Shown: positions 1 to 12,853, numbered from the whole stretch's first letter. The stretch: DNA of 63,999 nucleotides, filler included, from Dirinaria sp. TL-2023a (GCA_051941275.1; 4 parts of 4 records of this genome joined end to end with filler, not necessarily neighbours in it); one strand, 5' to 3'. Numbers and translations are program-made. Notes: generated by a model not told the origin, from the letters alone.

Positions 1-3
1 TTT

Positions 4-62
<59 letters not shown>
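1..62. repeat. poly(T) homopolymer tract
   Basis: About 60 T with one G at position 4; the window starts inside it. Confidence 0.9.
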
Positions 63-63
<1 letters not shown>

Positions 64-239
64 TGAAAGATTGACTTCGCGATCTGTCATCGGTGTGAGC
101 AGCAGTGGTGATATTTAGCAAGCTGGGTTACATCTGGTTTCGACTTTGTGAGAGAACGGTTCGTTCCGTTTTCATAGGCCGGATTTCCTTTGATGAGAAA
201 CTTGCTCCATTGCGCAGTGAACGGCGTATTTCGGGCTAG

Positions 240-966
240 CTAAGCTTGTGCGCTAACATCAAGTGAACAGCTGGAGTCGTAGAGGCTGAACTTCTGTGTT
301 ATGATGGATGCAGGCATTTGATCTGGATCCCACCTCTCCGGTAGTACACTCCCGGTACCGATGCAGACCTCGTTATCGAAGATCGCAATCAGCGTTGCGG
401 ACCACCGGTTGCCCTCGTAGAGGAACGTATTCAGTGCTCGAAGCGTCAAGATTACGCGTCCGTATTTCAGCCGCTTGCGGCTGGTCCGGCTGGTGGATTC
501 CGAGCTCAGGGTGATGTTGCATTCGGGATAGAGCGTGGCGTCGCTGTAGAAAGGATCGTCCTCTGTCTTTAAGAATGCTGTGCGACCCCAGGCGTCCCCT
601 TTCGCTTGAGCAGAACGTATGGTGCCGACTAGGGCTTCATGCAGGGCGACCGGGTTTATGGGACTGTCTTGGGCCACGGCCGCGACGATTTTGAGTGTCG
701 TGTCCGGGATTTCAATGGTGTAGACCAGGCCGCCTGCGCTGTACGGTGAGCCGGTCCGCGTGATGTTAACCGGAACGTCGCTGTGATTATACAGATTAGC
801 TAAAATTCTTTGGGCAAGAGGACCAAGCATCTCTTCACAATGTGGAGTTGGTCGAGATCATGGTCGACCTAGATGATAGTTCGTTGTGGAAACCAGGCCC
901 GGGGACAGCAGTGGTTACAAAAAAATGAAGAAACAGAGAGAGGTATGTAGTGAAATCTCGAAGCAT
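240..966 (-). CDS. Small secreted protein of unknown function (2 exons)
   Basis: Exon 1 (ATG 966) reads MLRDFTTYLSLFLHFFVTTAVPGP, a signal-peptide-like start. A 58-nt GT..CTAAT..CAG intron (781-838) joins it in frame to DVPVNITR of ORF 240..830. Confidence 0.7.
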
Positions 967-1674
967 GTCGTGAAGTAGAAGGCTCAAAGTAAAGAGGTGC
1001 AGCACGCGAAGAATAGAGATACTGTAGAGCGTGAAGGTCAGCGATGATAAGAAAGATATTTCTCAGTCTAATTCAGCTATCCGATAGGCGATATGACGAA
1101 GAATTAATTAACCGCCTCGCAAATGCGCCGAGCGCAAAGTTTTAAGACGATCACGTTGCTAAATGTCCGCATACCTTAAATATTGAAACAGCCGCCGATT
1201 CGGAGCTGCTTGCGCCATTGAAGGCCTGTGAAGTTCTTCTACCTGTAAGGATGGAAGTCCTCGGGGAATCTTAAAAGGAGGCGGTGGAAAATAAAAATTC
1301 CGTTTTAGTGGATGAACCCTTTCCTTTTCCTTTCATTCTCTCTTCTTTGCTTTTTTGCTCCTTTGAAAGGTGGTGGAAGTGCTCCAAAGGCTCCAGCAAT
1401 CTATCACGGTTAAGTTATCGATTTCAAGCTCAGCCCTGGTACAAGAACATCTTCCATTTCGGTCTCTCTGTGACAGATAAGGATACCAGTAGAATATTTG
1501 CTGATCTACCCGACCCGTGGCGCGGTTTGAAAACAGCATTGTAATTCTTTGCACTCACCAATCATCATAAGAGCGTTGAAATGGGCGAGACTTGGAATTG
1601 TATAATATGCGTCACAGGATCTGCTTCAACCCCACCAATGAGGCCGGTCATGTACAGCCAACAGAGACTTCCTG

Positions 1675-2519
1675 TCATTGGCCTTTCCTAACCCATCGTT
1701 CTATCGTCTCTCTGCCTTCTTTCACAACCTCTTCGCTCCAATCTCTTGTTTTCTCACTCCGGATCTTGGCCTGCTTCCATCCCTCAATTAATGCTCCACG
1801 AATGCGTAAGTGGTTCACGGCGACAAACTCGCTCTTCTGTTCAAAACTCCACATCAACTCGCCGACATTCTTCATCGTGTACGGTAATACCACATACGCC
1901 GCACCTAAGCCTACTGCTGCAGGTGTCGTCGCTCGTAGCAGTATGTTCCTGTTCCTCGAGAATATGCTTCCGGCCATTGATGCGACCAAGACGTAGAGAG
2001 CTCCAGGCATTATTTGCTCGCCGGTCTGTGGAGAGGGTGCCAGAGAGGCAATAGTGGAGGTAAAATTCTGTTCCTTGGCCAGAAAAGCGGACATGAGGTG
2101 ATTTACGCCGTCTTCGGTGGCCTTCGCGTTATTATAGACGAACATTCGACAGCGGCGAACTTGCGTCGCTAAGCGATCAGTGGGTGTAGGATTTGCAATG
2201 ACGGAAGAAGGGACTGGGGATCCAGTCCTTCTTTTCTGGGGGTCTAGTGTAGGTAGGTCGGGATAGATTGGTTTACGAAGGATCTGCTTCAGGCTCTAGA
2301 TTAGCTCAATGAGGCGATGGGAGGGATGAGATACTCACCATTTGCTCTGGAGGCGCTTCTGCATGTAGGCTTGACGTAGGAATGAATAAGGAGCCTGCTG
2401 CGAGTGCGGTAATGACGGCGGGCAGGATTGCTCGCTGCCAAGCAGTTAGCAGACTAATTCGATGTAAGATCCAATGATTCGAATGAACTAACTTGCCGAG
2501 CAGCGTGACTGAAAGCCAT
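1675..2519 (-). CDS. MIC26: MICOS subunit Mic26/Mic27 (apolipoprotein O family), 3 exons
   Basis: Spliced MAFSHAARQ/RAILPAV..LHAEAP/..KPIY..; C-terminal PGALYVLVASMAGSIFSRNRNILLR..LPYTMKNVGELMW is typical of fungal ApoO/Mic26. Confidence 0.85.
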
Positions 2520-3093
2520 GATTGAGGATTGATTCTCCTCGTTCTCATACCAAACGGCTCCGAGTCCTTGGGAATCAGCAAAGAATTCGGGCACGCAGGG
2601 GTGTCTGGACCCCAAGTCTTGGCGCGACTGAGAACGCGCTCAATGAAGGCTCCCCCCCTTAAGGAACTGTAGTCAGCCAGTGCCTTAAGAGGTCTTTGAT
2701 AGAAGATGCATTTAATATTGCTCATTGTATAAGTTTGGGCATTCTGTTCCCTGTCAGATGCGGGGTCACATGCAAGTACTCGTACCCACAATATTGGACC
2801 TTGCGAAAACCTCGAACTGTAATTTGGAGTACATTATCTTGCGGCTACAATATGATAAGTCATGGAAGCAAAGACTTTTCTAAGCCCGACGCATATCCTC
2901 ATTCCTGCTATGCTGAAAACCACAATGCAAGTCGGATATCTCTGAAGGACCACGCAACACGCTAAGTAAACCGACAATGCACAGCAAGCTAGACATGCGG
3001 CCCGCTGACAGGTGGACTTGTAATAATTACAGAGTGGAGGGAATTGGCCAGCCATATCAGTGGCCAAGGTGATATCGTACTGCACACTCAGAT

Positions 3094-4937
3094 TCAGTTG
3101 ATTGACAGCATCTTGACGTCGAATTTGAGTGGCGAGTTGGCAGGTATTCCGGGCTGAGCCTTCCTGCCATAGGCCATTTTGGCCGGGACTTCAATCCGTC
3201 GTTCGCCTCCCACGGACATACCTTGGACGCCAATGTCCCAGCCTTGGATGACTTCGCCGACGCCGAGGGTGAATCGGAAAGGCGCGCCTTTCTTGTTCGC
3301 TATGCCATTGTAAGCACACAAAAGGTCTGAGGACTTGTCACGCAACGTGAACGCTGATGTCTTACCGTCAAACACTTTACCATCAATTAATTTCCCAATG
3401 TATCTCATGCCGACTTTATCGCCCTTCTTTGCTGCTGGTCCTGTACCGAGTTTCCTATCGTCGATCTGCACACCGTTTTGCAACGTCTTCTGTCCCAAGC
3501 TTGGCTTGAGCTTCTCGTTTCCTTGTTTTGCAGGCTTAGTATCTGCTTTTGATTCTGGCTTCACCTCGTTCCCGCCATTCGAAGGTCCCTGTTCAAGATT
3601 CGTGGCAAATTGTACTTTCTTGTCGGATTTGGGGGGACTTGAGTCTTCTGTCTTGACATTCTTATCAGCTTTTGGGAGACTTGAATCTTCTTTCTTAACA
3701 TTTTTGTTCTCGACTGCTGCTTCGACTGCTTTGCCAGTATTGTTCTTGAGTTTTTTGAGTTGTTTCTTGCTGAGCTTCGGTTCTGTAGCACCAGTCACTG
3801 CAGGTTCGGCAGGCTTAAGTGATTTATCCATGATAGCGTCAAGGGTCATTGGCTCGTCATCAGATAATTCAGCAGCACGCTTGTTCTTGCCTTTCTGCGC
3901 AGACGGCCCTGCCTTGTCTGCTTTGATCAACTTTGGTGCCTCGTCTTCGCTCTCGACCTCAGTGATCCGGGGGTCTTCAAGATCATCGAGCTCGTCGCTC
4001 TCCTCGTCCTCATCATTACCGTCTTCTAACTCATCTATGTCAGGCGACATATCGTAATCGTCCGAGTCTTCATCCATATCACTGTATCCGCCAGATGGCG
4101 GCACGACATAATTGCCTGTCAGATAGACTGGATGGCTACCTGAGACTTCAAAGTAGGCATTTTGCCCTTCAGGAATAGTAATATCAAGCGGCTGCTGGTA
4201 ATGCTTCATTTTTAGAATTAGCATCTTTTCAATTCGAGAGGGGCCCGGATTGTAACAAACCTGATGAGGGTCCAGAGTGCATAAGACAACTTCCATCATC
4301 TCGTCCTCTTCGTCCTCATCATCATCCTGCAGAAGCGCAACGGCCTTGCCTTTGCCCTTGTTGTTCTTTGGGGAGACACCGTTTACCACATGGGAGGACG
4401 AAGCATCCACGTCCTCATCGCTCTCCTCCCCTGCGCTTTCTCGAAGAGAGTTCAACATCTGGGCGGTAGCAGCCTCTTTCCGTGCCTTTTTCGTCTTCGA
4501 TGGATCGCTTGGTCCGCCGTTCTTCTCTTCGTCATCGTCAGAGGATTGCGCATCTTCATCGTCGTCTTCATCTTCTCCATCTTCCGCCCCCATTAGAGCT
4601 TCTCTCAAATACTCGTCATCCAACTCATCTTCATCATCGCTCGGCTTGGCCGTATCGTAGATAAGTTTGAGGATGGAGCGTTGGGGCACATCGCCATTTG
4701 TAGTGTTTGAATGGGCTGGGGATGCGCTCGGGTCAATTGACGCCATGGTGATGTGGAACTAAGAAATCATTAGCCTCCACTTCTCTCCCTCAATTTGCCA
4801 GTTGGCTGATTGAAAAACATGAGACAAAGCAACATGGTGAAGCTCACCGTTGCCTGAAAGTCTGCGATGGCTGGCTTGATTACATTGCCAGCTGGGACCT
4901 TTAGCCCATAAAGAGCTACAGGTAGCATGCTTGACAT
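3094..4937 (-). CDS. FPR4: Nucleoplasmin-domain FKBP peptidyl-prolyl isomerase (Fpr3/Fpr4 histone chaperone)
   Basis: Start [17 protein letters not shown], acidic tracts, VYLTGNY nucleoplasmin motif, and C-terminal FKBP domain ([44 protein letters not shown]). The ORF reads through in-frame introns. Confidence 0.93.
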
Positions 4938-5197
4938 TTTGCTGGATGAATTGGCAAATAGCTCGGCTGCTTAAAGAATAGTAGGACCAATTCTACAATG
5001 CTACAAATTCCGATTGCTGAACTGCCAAATGCATAAGGATGTCAAGACAGAGCTTATCGGTTTGTATCGAGAGCTCGCACCAAAAGATTCAGTCGCAGCC
5101 TAAAAAAGTTTTGCAAAATTACCACTATCAGATGTGTATCGCGCCGCGCTAACAGGCTAAGGTCAGCTATCTTACGTCATCGTACATATGCAGCATC

Positions 5198-5203
5198 ACG
5201 CGT
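5198..5203. promoter_or_regulatory. MCB element (ACGCGT) upstream of REV1
   Basis: Exact ACGCGT about 190 bp upstream of the REV1 ATG, in the divergent FPR4/REV1 promoter. Confidence 0.45.
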
Positions 5204-5391
5204 TGGGGCTACAAGTAGAGCAGCCATAACACCTTGTTCATGTTTATTCCATACCCTTCAAAGACAATGTTGAGGTCAAAGCATGGCAGGAAGGCAAACT
5301 GTCCAGTGATGCCCTCTCAACCGCCAGAAAAAGCGTGGGAAGCCTTGGGGTTCCGAGTCCAACGAATTGCATGTCTGTACAGGATATCACC

Positions 5392-8300
5392 ATGGGTTCG
5401 CGACTAGAAGCGAATTCTTCGGCTGTGCGCAAGAGGATCGAGGAACATAAGTTCGAGGATGAGGGCGGAGAGGAATATGGTGCATCCAAGTTCGGTGGCT
5501 TCCCAGAATACTTTCGACGAAAGAAGATTAAACTACAGAATCTCGATGCGGAGATACGCTCCACGTCTACCGCCAACCCCCCAATATTCCGTGGCATTGT
5601 CGCACACGTCAATGGCTATACACAGCCTTCCTTGAACGACCTTCACGCCCTTATCGTAAGCTATGGGGGTGGCTTCATGCAATATCTGGGTGGAAAGACG
5701 ACAGTCACCCATATTATTGCGAGTAACCTTACGCCCAAGAAGAAGGTGGAGTTTAGCAGATATCGTATTGTCAAGCCTGCATGGATTGTCGATAGCATCA
5801 ATGCAGGGAAACTTTTGCCATGGAACGCTTATAAGGTTGTCGATGAAGGGGTCGGACAACAGGTTCTAGGCTTCGACAACGGCAACATTGTGAGCCAGGT
5901 CAGCCGTCACCAAGCCGGGTACAGAGATCAGACGGACAAGAGCTGGTATACCGAGCAAGTGAGCAGTGCTGCCAAGAGATTGAATGAAGCAAGCTCCGTT
6001 GCGCCAAATTCAAGCGCTCAGTCTGGGTCAGAAAAAGATGCTGGGAACGAGCTAGAGTCTGTTGAACTCAACCCTCACGATGAACGAGTTTCCCGTTGTG
6101 GGACGCCCGTTGAGGATATAAGCAAATACGCTGACGTTTTCGATACTACGATAGACAAATATAAAAACCAAGCGAAACGTAGCAGTGACGACGCTTCAGG
6201 CCATGCCAGGACCGTGAAACCGGATGAGAGTACCCTGCAGTCCGAAGACGAAGTATTACTGGCTAGCTCTGGTTTCCCCCAGGAAAATAATCTTGAACCG
6301 CTAGAGAGAACAGCGACTCATGGTGCAGATGAAGCTCCTGGTGATCTGCCTTGTATCGCCGAGCCGTTCCCCACCCTTGCAGAGCGTGACCCAGCAGTAA
6401 TATCGCCCAGACAACCAGCATTGATGTCTCCAAGTCATTCGACTGCGTATAGCAAACACGAAGTTTCCGCCGAGGAGCACAATGCGATGCTCCTGGCCGA
6501 CCCGAAAGTCTGGAAATCTACCGTAGTCAACCCGGGTTTCCTCAAGCAGTACTACGAGGAGTCACGTTTGCATCACTTGTCAACCTGGAAGGCAGATCTG
6601 AAATCAAAGTTGCAAGCTCTAGCCGCAGAAAAGTCATCATCTCAAAAAGCACGCCAAAAGCGTGTTTCCGGAGCTAGGCGATATGTCCTTCACGTCGATT
6701 TTGACAGCTTCTTCGCAGCTGTTTCGTTGAAGAAATTTCCGCAGTACGTGGACAAACCGGTAGTGGTAGCACATGGCGGAGGCTCTGGTAGCGAGATCGC
6801 TAGCTGCAATTACCCGGCTCGTAAATTTGGGATCAAGAACGGCATGTGGATGAAGAATGCGCAGAAGATGTGCCCGGAGTTGAAAGTGCTACCATACGAC
6901 TTCAAAGCTTACGAAGAAGCAAGCCGTCAATTTTACGAAGCCATCATTGACACTGGCGGTATCGTACAGAGTGTTAGCGTGGATGAAGCCTTGGTCGACA
7001 TCAGCGTAATTTGCACCGAAGCCGGCGGTCATAACGGTGTTGGAATACATGAAGGAAGCATCTGGCGAGAGCAGGCAAAGGCCGATGAGATCGGTCAAAA
7101 AGTTAGAGATCGTGTGCAAGCAACAACTGGCTGCGCTGTGTCGGTCGGTATTGGTGGCAACATTCTACTCGCAAAAGTGGCTCTACGCAAAGCGAAACCG
7201 GCGGGTCAATATCAAATTAAGCCCGAAGAAGTTCTCCATTTTGTTGGTAACCTGACTGTGCAGGAATTGCCCGGTGTGGCTTACAGCATAGGAGGGAAGC
7301 TTGAGGAAATTGGTGTGAAGTATGTCAAAGATATTCGTGAACTCACGAAAGACAGGCTCATGTCAACCCTGGGACCTAAGACTGGTGAAAAGATCTGGGA
7401 TTACGCTCGGGGTATCGATAAAATCGAAGTCGGAGAGCAGGTAATCCGCAAATCCGTGTCGGCAGAGGTCAATTGGGGCATTCGATTTGTTAGGCATGAG
7501 CAAGCCGATGAATTCGTGCAAAGCTTATGCGAAGAACTGCACAAGCGCTTACTGACTGAGAAGGTCAAAGGACGCCAGTTGACGATGAAGATTATGAGAC
7601 GTGCTGCAGACGCTCCTCTTGATCCGCCGAAGCATCTCGGTCATGGCAAGTGTGACACTTTCAATAAGAGTATAATGCTTGGGGTTGCGACTAACGACAA
7701 GGACATACTAAGTCGCGAAGCAATATCAATAATGAGAGGCTGGGGTTTCTCCCCTGGAGAGTTGAGAGGCATTGGTGTACAAATGACTAGGTTAGAACCT
7801 CTAAAAGGCTCAGTAGAGAGCCCCACACCGAGCAGTCAAAGACTGCTTCAATTCAAAACGCCAGGTTCTGTTGGCAACCGTGTTGCGAAAGCGGATGCTA
7901 TCGATGAAGTTGCCAGTCCGAAGAAGCTACGAGGTTTGCCACAGCATCCGGCAGCTGGGCTGGCATCCGATATTTCTCCCAGCGGTAAACGTCGTGCGTC
8001 GTTGAATACACTGGGGACCCAGTTTGTACTTCCATCACAAGTCGATCCTGATGTTCTTGCGGAGTTGCCTCCGGATATAAGGTCGAAGCTCGAATTGAAG
8101 GTGCCTAGTCATTCAGCCGATCGTCCAGGGCCAGCATCACCAACCCCTAAATCTCGCTCCATCTCCCCTGGAGCACCTTCAGACCTACTGCCTAATCATT
8201 CACAGCTGGACCTTGAGACCCTCGAGGCACTTCCCGAGGATGTCCGAGCGGAAGTCCTTGCATTTTACCAGTCATCTCCTCGAAAAGCTAATGCCCAAAC

Positions 8301-9027
8301 ACGTTTACCACAATCGCCTCACAAGTCTCGACTAATCAATGTCAAGAAGCATACCACGCCTACAAAGACTGAAAAGCGAGCAGGCCTGCTCTTTCGCGGA
8401 AAACCTAATCCTAACCATTCAACACTGACTCAATCAAACTTTGTTGCTAAGGACTCCGTCCATGAGCCCAAACCCGATGATAATAATGAAATGGGCTCTG
8501 AAGAAATACCGGACGATTTTCTGTCCGCTCTTCCTCCCGACATCCGGAGCGAAGTTGTTGCCCAAGCTCGCCGCGATCGCCTCCACAGACGAGGGGGTAT
8601 CGACCTTTCGAACGCTAAGAAATCGAAGAAGCCTCGTGGGCAAGCAATGAGCGTTGGGCAACGCAAGTTACAATTGCAGCCTAGACCACCCAAACCCACT
8701 TTCACAACAGCAAGATTGACAGAATTGCCTGAGGTTAGAAGTTCTCTGGCTACTTGGTTTGAAGAATTCAGAGAAGAGGGCCCTTACCCAGAAGACGTTG
8801 ATGTGCTAGTGACCTATCTTACGAGAGTGGTGCGCGAAGAGCATGACATGGCTAAGGCTGTTTCGATCACTAAGTGGCTTTGGTGGATGATTGAAAACCC
8901 TGGAGACGGTCTTTCCGAGACCCATGAAAGCTTGGGCACTCAAGCCTGGAGACTGGTGGCGATGAGAGTGCAAGAAGGCGTACAAAGAGCTGTAAAGGAG
9001 CGGGGCTTAGGAGCCGTAGAGTTTTAG
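5392..9027 (+). CDS. REV1: Y-family translesion polymerase / deoxycytidyl transferase Rev1
   Basis: N-terminal BRCT domain (HVNGYTQPS..THIIASNL..KPAWIVDS), SRLHHLSTWK, HVDFDSFF, ASCNYPAR, SVDEA, UBM repeats (VLAELPPDIR, LEALPEDVR, LSALPPDIR) and Rev1 C-terminal domain. Confidence 0.97.
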   Translation: MGSRLEANSSAVRKRIEEHKFEDEGGEEYGASKFGGFPEYFRRKKIKLQNLDAEIRSTSTANPPIFRGIVAHVNGYTQPSLNDLHALIVSYGGGFMQYLGGKTTVTHIIASNLTPKKKVEFSRYRIVKPAWIVDSINAGKLLPWNAYKVVDEGVGQQVLGFDNGNIVSQVSRHQAGYRDQTDKSWYTEQVSSAAKRLNEASSVAPNSSAQSGSEKDAGNELESVELNPHDERVSRCGTPVEDISKYADVFDTTIDKYKNQAKRSSDDASGHARTVKPDESTLQSEDEVLLASSGFPQENNLEPLERTATHGADEAPGDLPCIAEPFPTLAERDPAVISPRQPALMSPSHSTAYSKHEVSAEEHNAMLLADPKVWKSTVVNPGFLKQYYEESRLHHLSTWKADLKSKLQALAAEKSSSQKARQKRVSGARRYVLHVDFDSFFAAVSLKKFPQYVDKPVVVAHGGGSGSEIASCNYPARKFGIKNGMWMKNAQKMCPELKVLPYDFKAYEEASRQFYEAIIDTGGIVQSVSVDEALVDISVICTEAGGHNGVGIHEGSIWREQAKADEIGQKVRDRVQATTGCAVSVGIGGNILLAKVALRKAKPAGQYQIKPEEVLHFVGNLTVQELPGVAYSIGGKLEEIGVKYVKDIRELTKDRLMSTLGPKTGEKIWDYARGIDKIEVGEQVIRKSVSAEVNWGIRFVRHEQADEFVQSLCEELHKRLLTEKVKGRQLTMKIMRRAADAPLDPPKHLGHGKCDTFNKSIMLGVATNDKDILSREAISIMRGWGFSPGELRGIGVQMTRLEPLKGSVESPTPSSQRLLQFKTPGSVGNRVAKADAIDEVASPKKLRGLPQHPAAGLASDISPSGKRRASLNTLGTQFVLPSQVDPDVLAELPPDIRSKLELKVPSHSADRPGPASPTPKSRSISPGAPSDLLPNHSQLDLETLEALPEDVRAEVLAFYQSSPRKANAQTRLPQSPHKSRLINVKKHTTPTKTEKRAGLLFRGKPNPNHSTLTQSNFVAKDSVHEPKPDDNNEMGSEEIPDDFLSALPPDIRSEVVAQARRDRLHRRGGIDLSNAKKSKKPRGQAMSVGQRKLQLQPRPPKPTFTTARLTELPEVRSSLATWFEEFREEGPYPEDVDVLVTYLTRVVREEHDMAKAVSITKWLWWMIENPGDGLSETHESLGTQAWRLVAMRVQEGVQRAVKERGLGAVEF

Positions 9028-9478
9028 CATTTGGAAGGTTTAGCCAGTGTTTGCATTGACACCTGCTTGACCGGGCAGCAAGGCCACACTTTAATATGTC
9101 AAAGGGTTTTTATGGAAGTGACAAAAAGCACGTCGCAGCGCGCATTTTAGTTCCATGAGATTAAATTTACGAACTGATTTAAAGCAACGAGTGGGATACA
9201 ACTCGAGTAACGCATGCCTACTCAGCGTCAATTTGTGAACTCGTGTCATTTCTTGCTTGAATTATCATGTAACGAGGTTCCTACTGCCTCACTTCTCAGG
9301 GGGGATGACCTAGAAATGGGCAGATGATGGATCGAAGCATTATTGCCTGCTCGCGATCAAACTGTACAATTGGGTACAACATCCAAAATTGCGTCGAGAC
9401 GATACTTCTGTGACACTGACCTGGATCCCTGGAGCTACAATTGAGGCCCAAGATGCCAAGAAGCACTTTATGCGTAAG

Positions 9479-9513
9479 CGCGCGTCGTCACGTCTACACG
9501 CGTATTTTCGCGT
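9479..9513. promoter_or_regulatory. MCB/CGCG cluster upstream of MCM4
   Basis: GCGCGCGT, ACGCGT (9498-9503) and TTTCGCGT within 35 bp, about 110 bp upstream of the MCM4 ATG; typical of MBF-regulated G1/S genes. Confidence 0.6.
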
Positions 9514-9617
9514 CTTAGGTATTTCGTGACTAAGGTATCACTGCTATCTTCTTCGAACCTCAAGCGAGAAAGACTCATCACGCAGACAAAGAAGAGGATT
9601 TCGCTCGTAAATTCAAG

Positions 9618-12600
9618 ATGTCATCACCTGCTTCACGGCGATCCCAGAGGAATTCGATTTCGGGAACGCCAGCACGGTCAACCCGTAGCTCACAACCCGT
9701 GAACTCCCCCGCTCGGTCAGCGCAACAGAATCACTCGCAAGCAACCCCACGAGCACTGCGATCGAATAACGTAGCATCTTCATCCCCGCTGTTCTTCGAC
9801 TCTTCCCCGGTGAACGGTGCTCCAACTGCGAATGGCGCACGCAACTTCAACGGTGCTACTGGCGCCACCAATGCCAATGGCATGGACATTAGCTCCCCGT
9901 TGAGGCAAATGTCGGTGGCAGATAGTACGCCACGAGGACGAATGCAAGGCGGTGGAGGTAAATGAGACTATAGGACTTGAGAATCGTGACTAATTTGGGC
10001 GTTCAGCAGAGTCCTCGCCGATCCACTACGCTTCTAGCTCTAGTCCGACACACGCTCTTAATGGCGGTTCGCAGCCTGAGCCAGACGTGCCGACCAGCAG
10101 CAGTGGGCTGTTCATACGGTCCTCCAGGTCTTCAGTTCCCGGCTCCTCTGGGCTCAATAATTCGAGAAGGAGTGACATCCACTCTGATGTCTTCGGCTCA
10201 ACGCCCAATAGGAGACGACGCTTGTTCGTCGACGAGAATGGCGTACCTGTACGAGAAGGAGCTCCGAACTCGGACACCAATACGTTTTCAAACGCGGAAC
10301 CCAATACTTCAGAGGCTGATGCCATGGGGGGCGCGTCAACGAGGATCATCTGGGGCACCAACATATCCATTCAGGATTCAATGTCATCCTTCAAGAGTTT
10401 CTTACTTGACTTCAAGAAAAAGTATAGGATGTGGGCGGACGGAATACCGGAAGAGGAGACGTCACAGCCCGACAGCGGAGCGGAAGAGAAGGAATATGTT
10501 GAGATGTTACGTATGATGCGGCAGCTAGGGGTTTCAGGTTTGAACCTGGATGTTAGGAACCTCAAAGCCTACCCAACGACCAACAAGTTATGGCATCAAT
10601 TACAGGCTTATCCACAAGAGGTCATTCCGTTGATGGATCAGACTATTAAGGATGTAATAATTGAACAGGCAGAAGAGGAGATGAACGGGCTGCGAGCAGC
10701 ACGACAACAGAATCGCGCAAATGTTGGGCCTAGCAGTTCGATGCCGCTGAACCCAAGCTCGGAAGCGAATAACCAGGTCGATCAGATTCCAGATCTCGTT
10801 TTTGAGGTCGAGACAAGGACTTACAAGGTCAAACCATTTGGCCTGGAGAGATCCGTCAACATGAGGGAACTAAATCCTAATGGTGAGTAATCAAAGCAAA
10901 TTTGGCTGACCCAGCCAATAGTAGCCAATAGCAATGTACTAACGTTTTATAGATATGGACAAAATGATTAGCATTAAAGGGCTCGTGATTCGGACAACGC
11001 CGATCATACCGGACATGAAGACAGCTTTCTTTAGATGTCAGGTCTGCAACCATGCAGTCAACGTCACATTGGACAGAGGCAAAATCGCGGAACCTACTAG
11101 ATGTCCTCGTCAGGCATGCCAGTCTCAGAACTCGATGCAGATTGTACACAATCGTTGCGAATTTGCGGACAAGCAGGTTATCAAGCTACAAGAAACCCCG
11201 GACAGCGTTCCAGACGGACAAACGCCGCATTCGGTATCGCTTTGTGCATACGATGAACTCGTCGACGTGTGCAAAGCAGGCGACCGAATCGAGGTTACAG
11301 GGATTTTTAGGAGCAACCCCGTCCGTATCAATCCTCGTCAGCGGACAATCAAAGCCCTCTTCAAGACCTATGTAGATGTACTCCACATCCAGAAAGTCGA
11401 CAAAAGGAGACTTGGAATCGACGTTTCCACCATTGAGCAGGAACTCTCCGAACAGGTAGCCGGTGATGTGCAAGAAACAAGAAAAGTTTCGGAGGAAGAA
11501 GAACAGAGGATCAAAGCCACAGCTGCACGTGGCGACGTTTATGAATTGCTCGCGCGTTCTTTGGCACCCAGTGTGTACGAGATGGATGACGTGAAAAAAG
11601 GGATCTTGTTGCAGCTTTTTGGAGGCACCAACAAATCATTCGAGAAAGGGGGAAGTCCAAAGTATCGAGGCGACGTCAATGTCTTGCTCTGCGGAGACCC
11701 ATCTACAGCTAAATCTCAGCTCCTGCAATACGTCCACAAAATCGCGCCACGAGGCGTCTACACGAGCGGAAAGGGCTCATCCGCGGTTGGTCTCACCGCC
11801 TACGTGAGCCGAGATCCTGAGACACGGCAAGTGGTTCTGGAATCTGGCGCGTTGGTCCTGTCGGACGGTGGTGTATGCTGCATCGATGAGTTTGACAAAA
11901 TGTCAGACTCGACTCGGTCTGTGCTGCACGAGGTCATGGAACAGCAGACTGTTTCCATTGCGAAGGCAGGAATCATCACGACATTGAATGCCCGTACCAG
12001 TATCCTCGCATCAGCTAACCCTATAGGAAGCAAATACAACATCAACCTACCGGTGCCGCAGAACATTGATTTGCCTCCGACCCTTCTATCGAGGTTCGAT
12101 CTCGTGTACCTGGTATTAGACAATATTGATGAGCAAAATGACCGAAGGCTTGCAAGGCATCTGGTAGGCATGTATCTTGAAGATACCCCTGAGAATGCGA
12201 GCAGTCAAGAGACGCTGGTAAGTGGCGGCTTCGTCAGAGGCAAGAAGATGGACTGATCAGAAGCGCAGCCTGTCGAGTTTCTTACGGCGTACATCTCGTA
12301 CGCTCGCACCAAATGCCAGCCCCGCATCACCCAAGCGGCTTCTGATGAACTCGTGGGGTCATATATCGAGATGCGCAAGCTCGGTGAAGACGTCCGCGCG
12401 GCCGAGCGGCGCATCACCGCCACGACACGACAGCTTGAGTCGATGATCCGGCTATCAGAGGCACACGCGAAGATGCGGCTCTCCGACGAGGTGACGAGCC
12501 ACGATGTGCGGGAAGCCGTCCGACTGATCAAATCGGCGCTCAAGCAAGCCGCGACCGACGCCAGGACGGGTCTCATTGACATGAGCCTGCTGACGGAGGG

Positions 12601-12853
12601 CACGAGCGCCAGCGAAAGAAGACGACGAGCCGACTTGAAGAAGGCGATCACGGATCTGTTGGACGAAATGACGAGGCAAGGTGGTGCAGCCGGGTACTCG
12701 GAGGTCTTCCGGAGAATCAGCGAGCAAGGGAGCGCTCAAGTCGAGGGGGTCGAGTTTGCGGAGGCGCTACGGTCTTTGGAACACGAGGGACAGGTTTCCG
12801 TCGGTGGGGAAGGTCCGAGAAGGAGTATCAGGCGAGTCACGGGAGTAGCATGA
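9618..12853 (+). CDS. MCM4: DNA replication licensing factor Mcm4 (Cdc54/Cdc21), 4 exons
   Basis: SP-rich N-terminus, [11 protein letters not shown], zinc finger (CQVC..C..C), Walker [19 protein letters not shown], arginine finger [25 protein letters not shown]. Confidence 0.97.

Noticed and set aside
1..62. Poly(T) as a retroelement poly(A) tail
   Set aside because: No adjacent reverse transcriptase sequence or target-site duplication is visible, and the context is cut off by the window edge.
3335..4660. Long Ser-rich plus-strand ORFs, and similar ones at 15627-16439, 25055-25465 and 50608-51298
   Set aside because: They are antisense shadows of well-supported genes with biased codon content.
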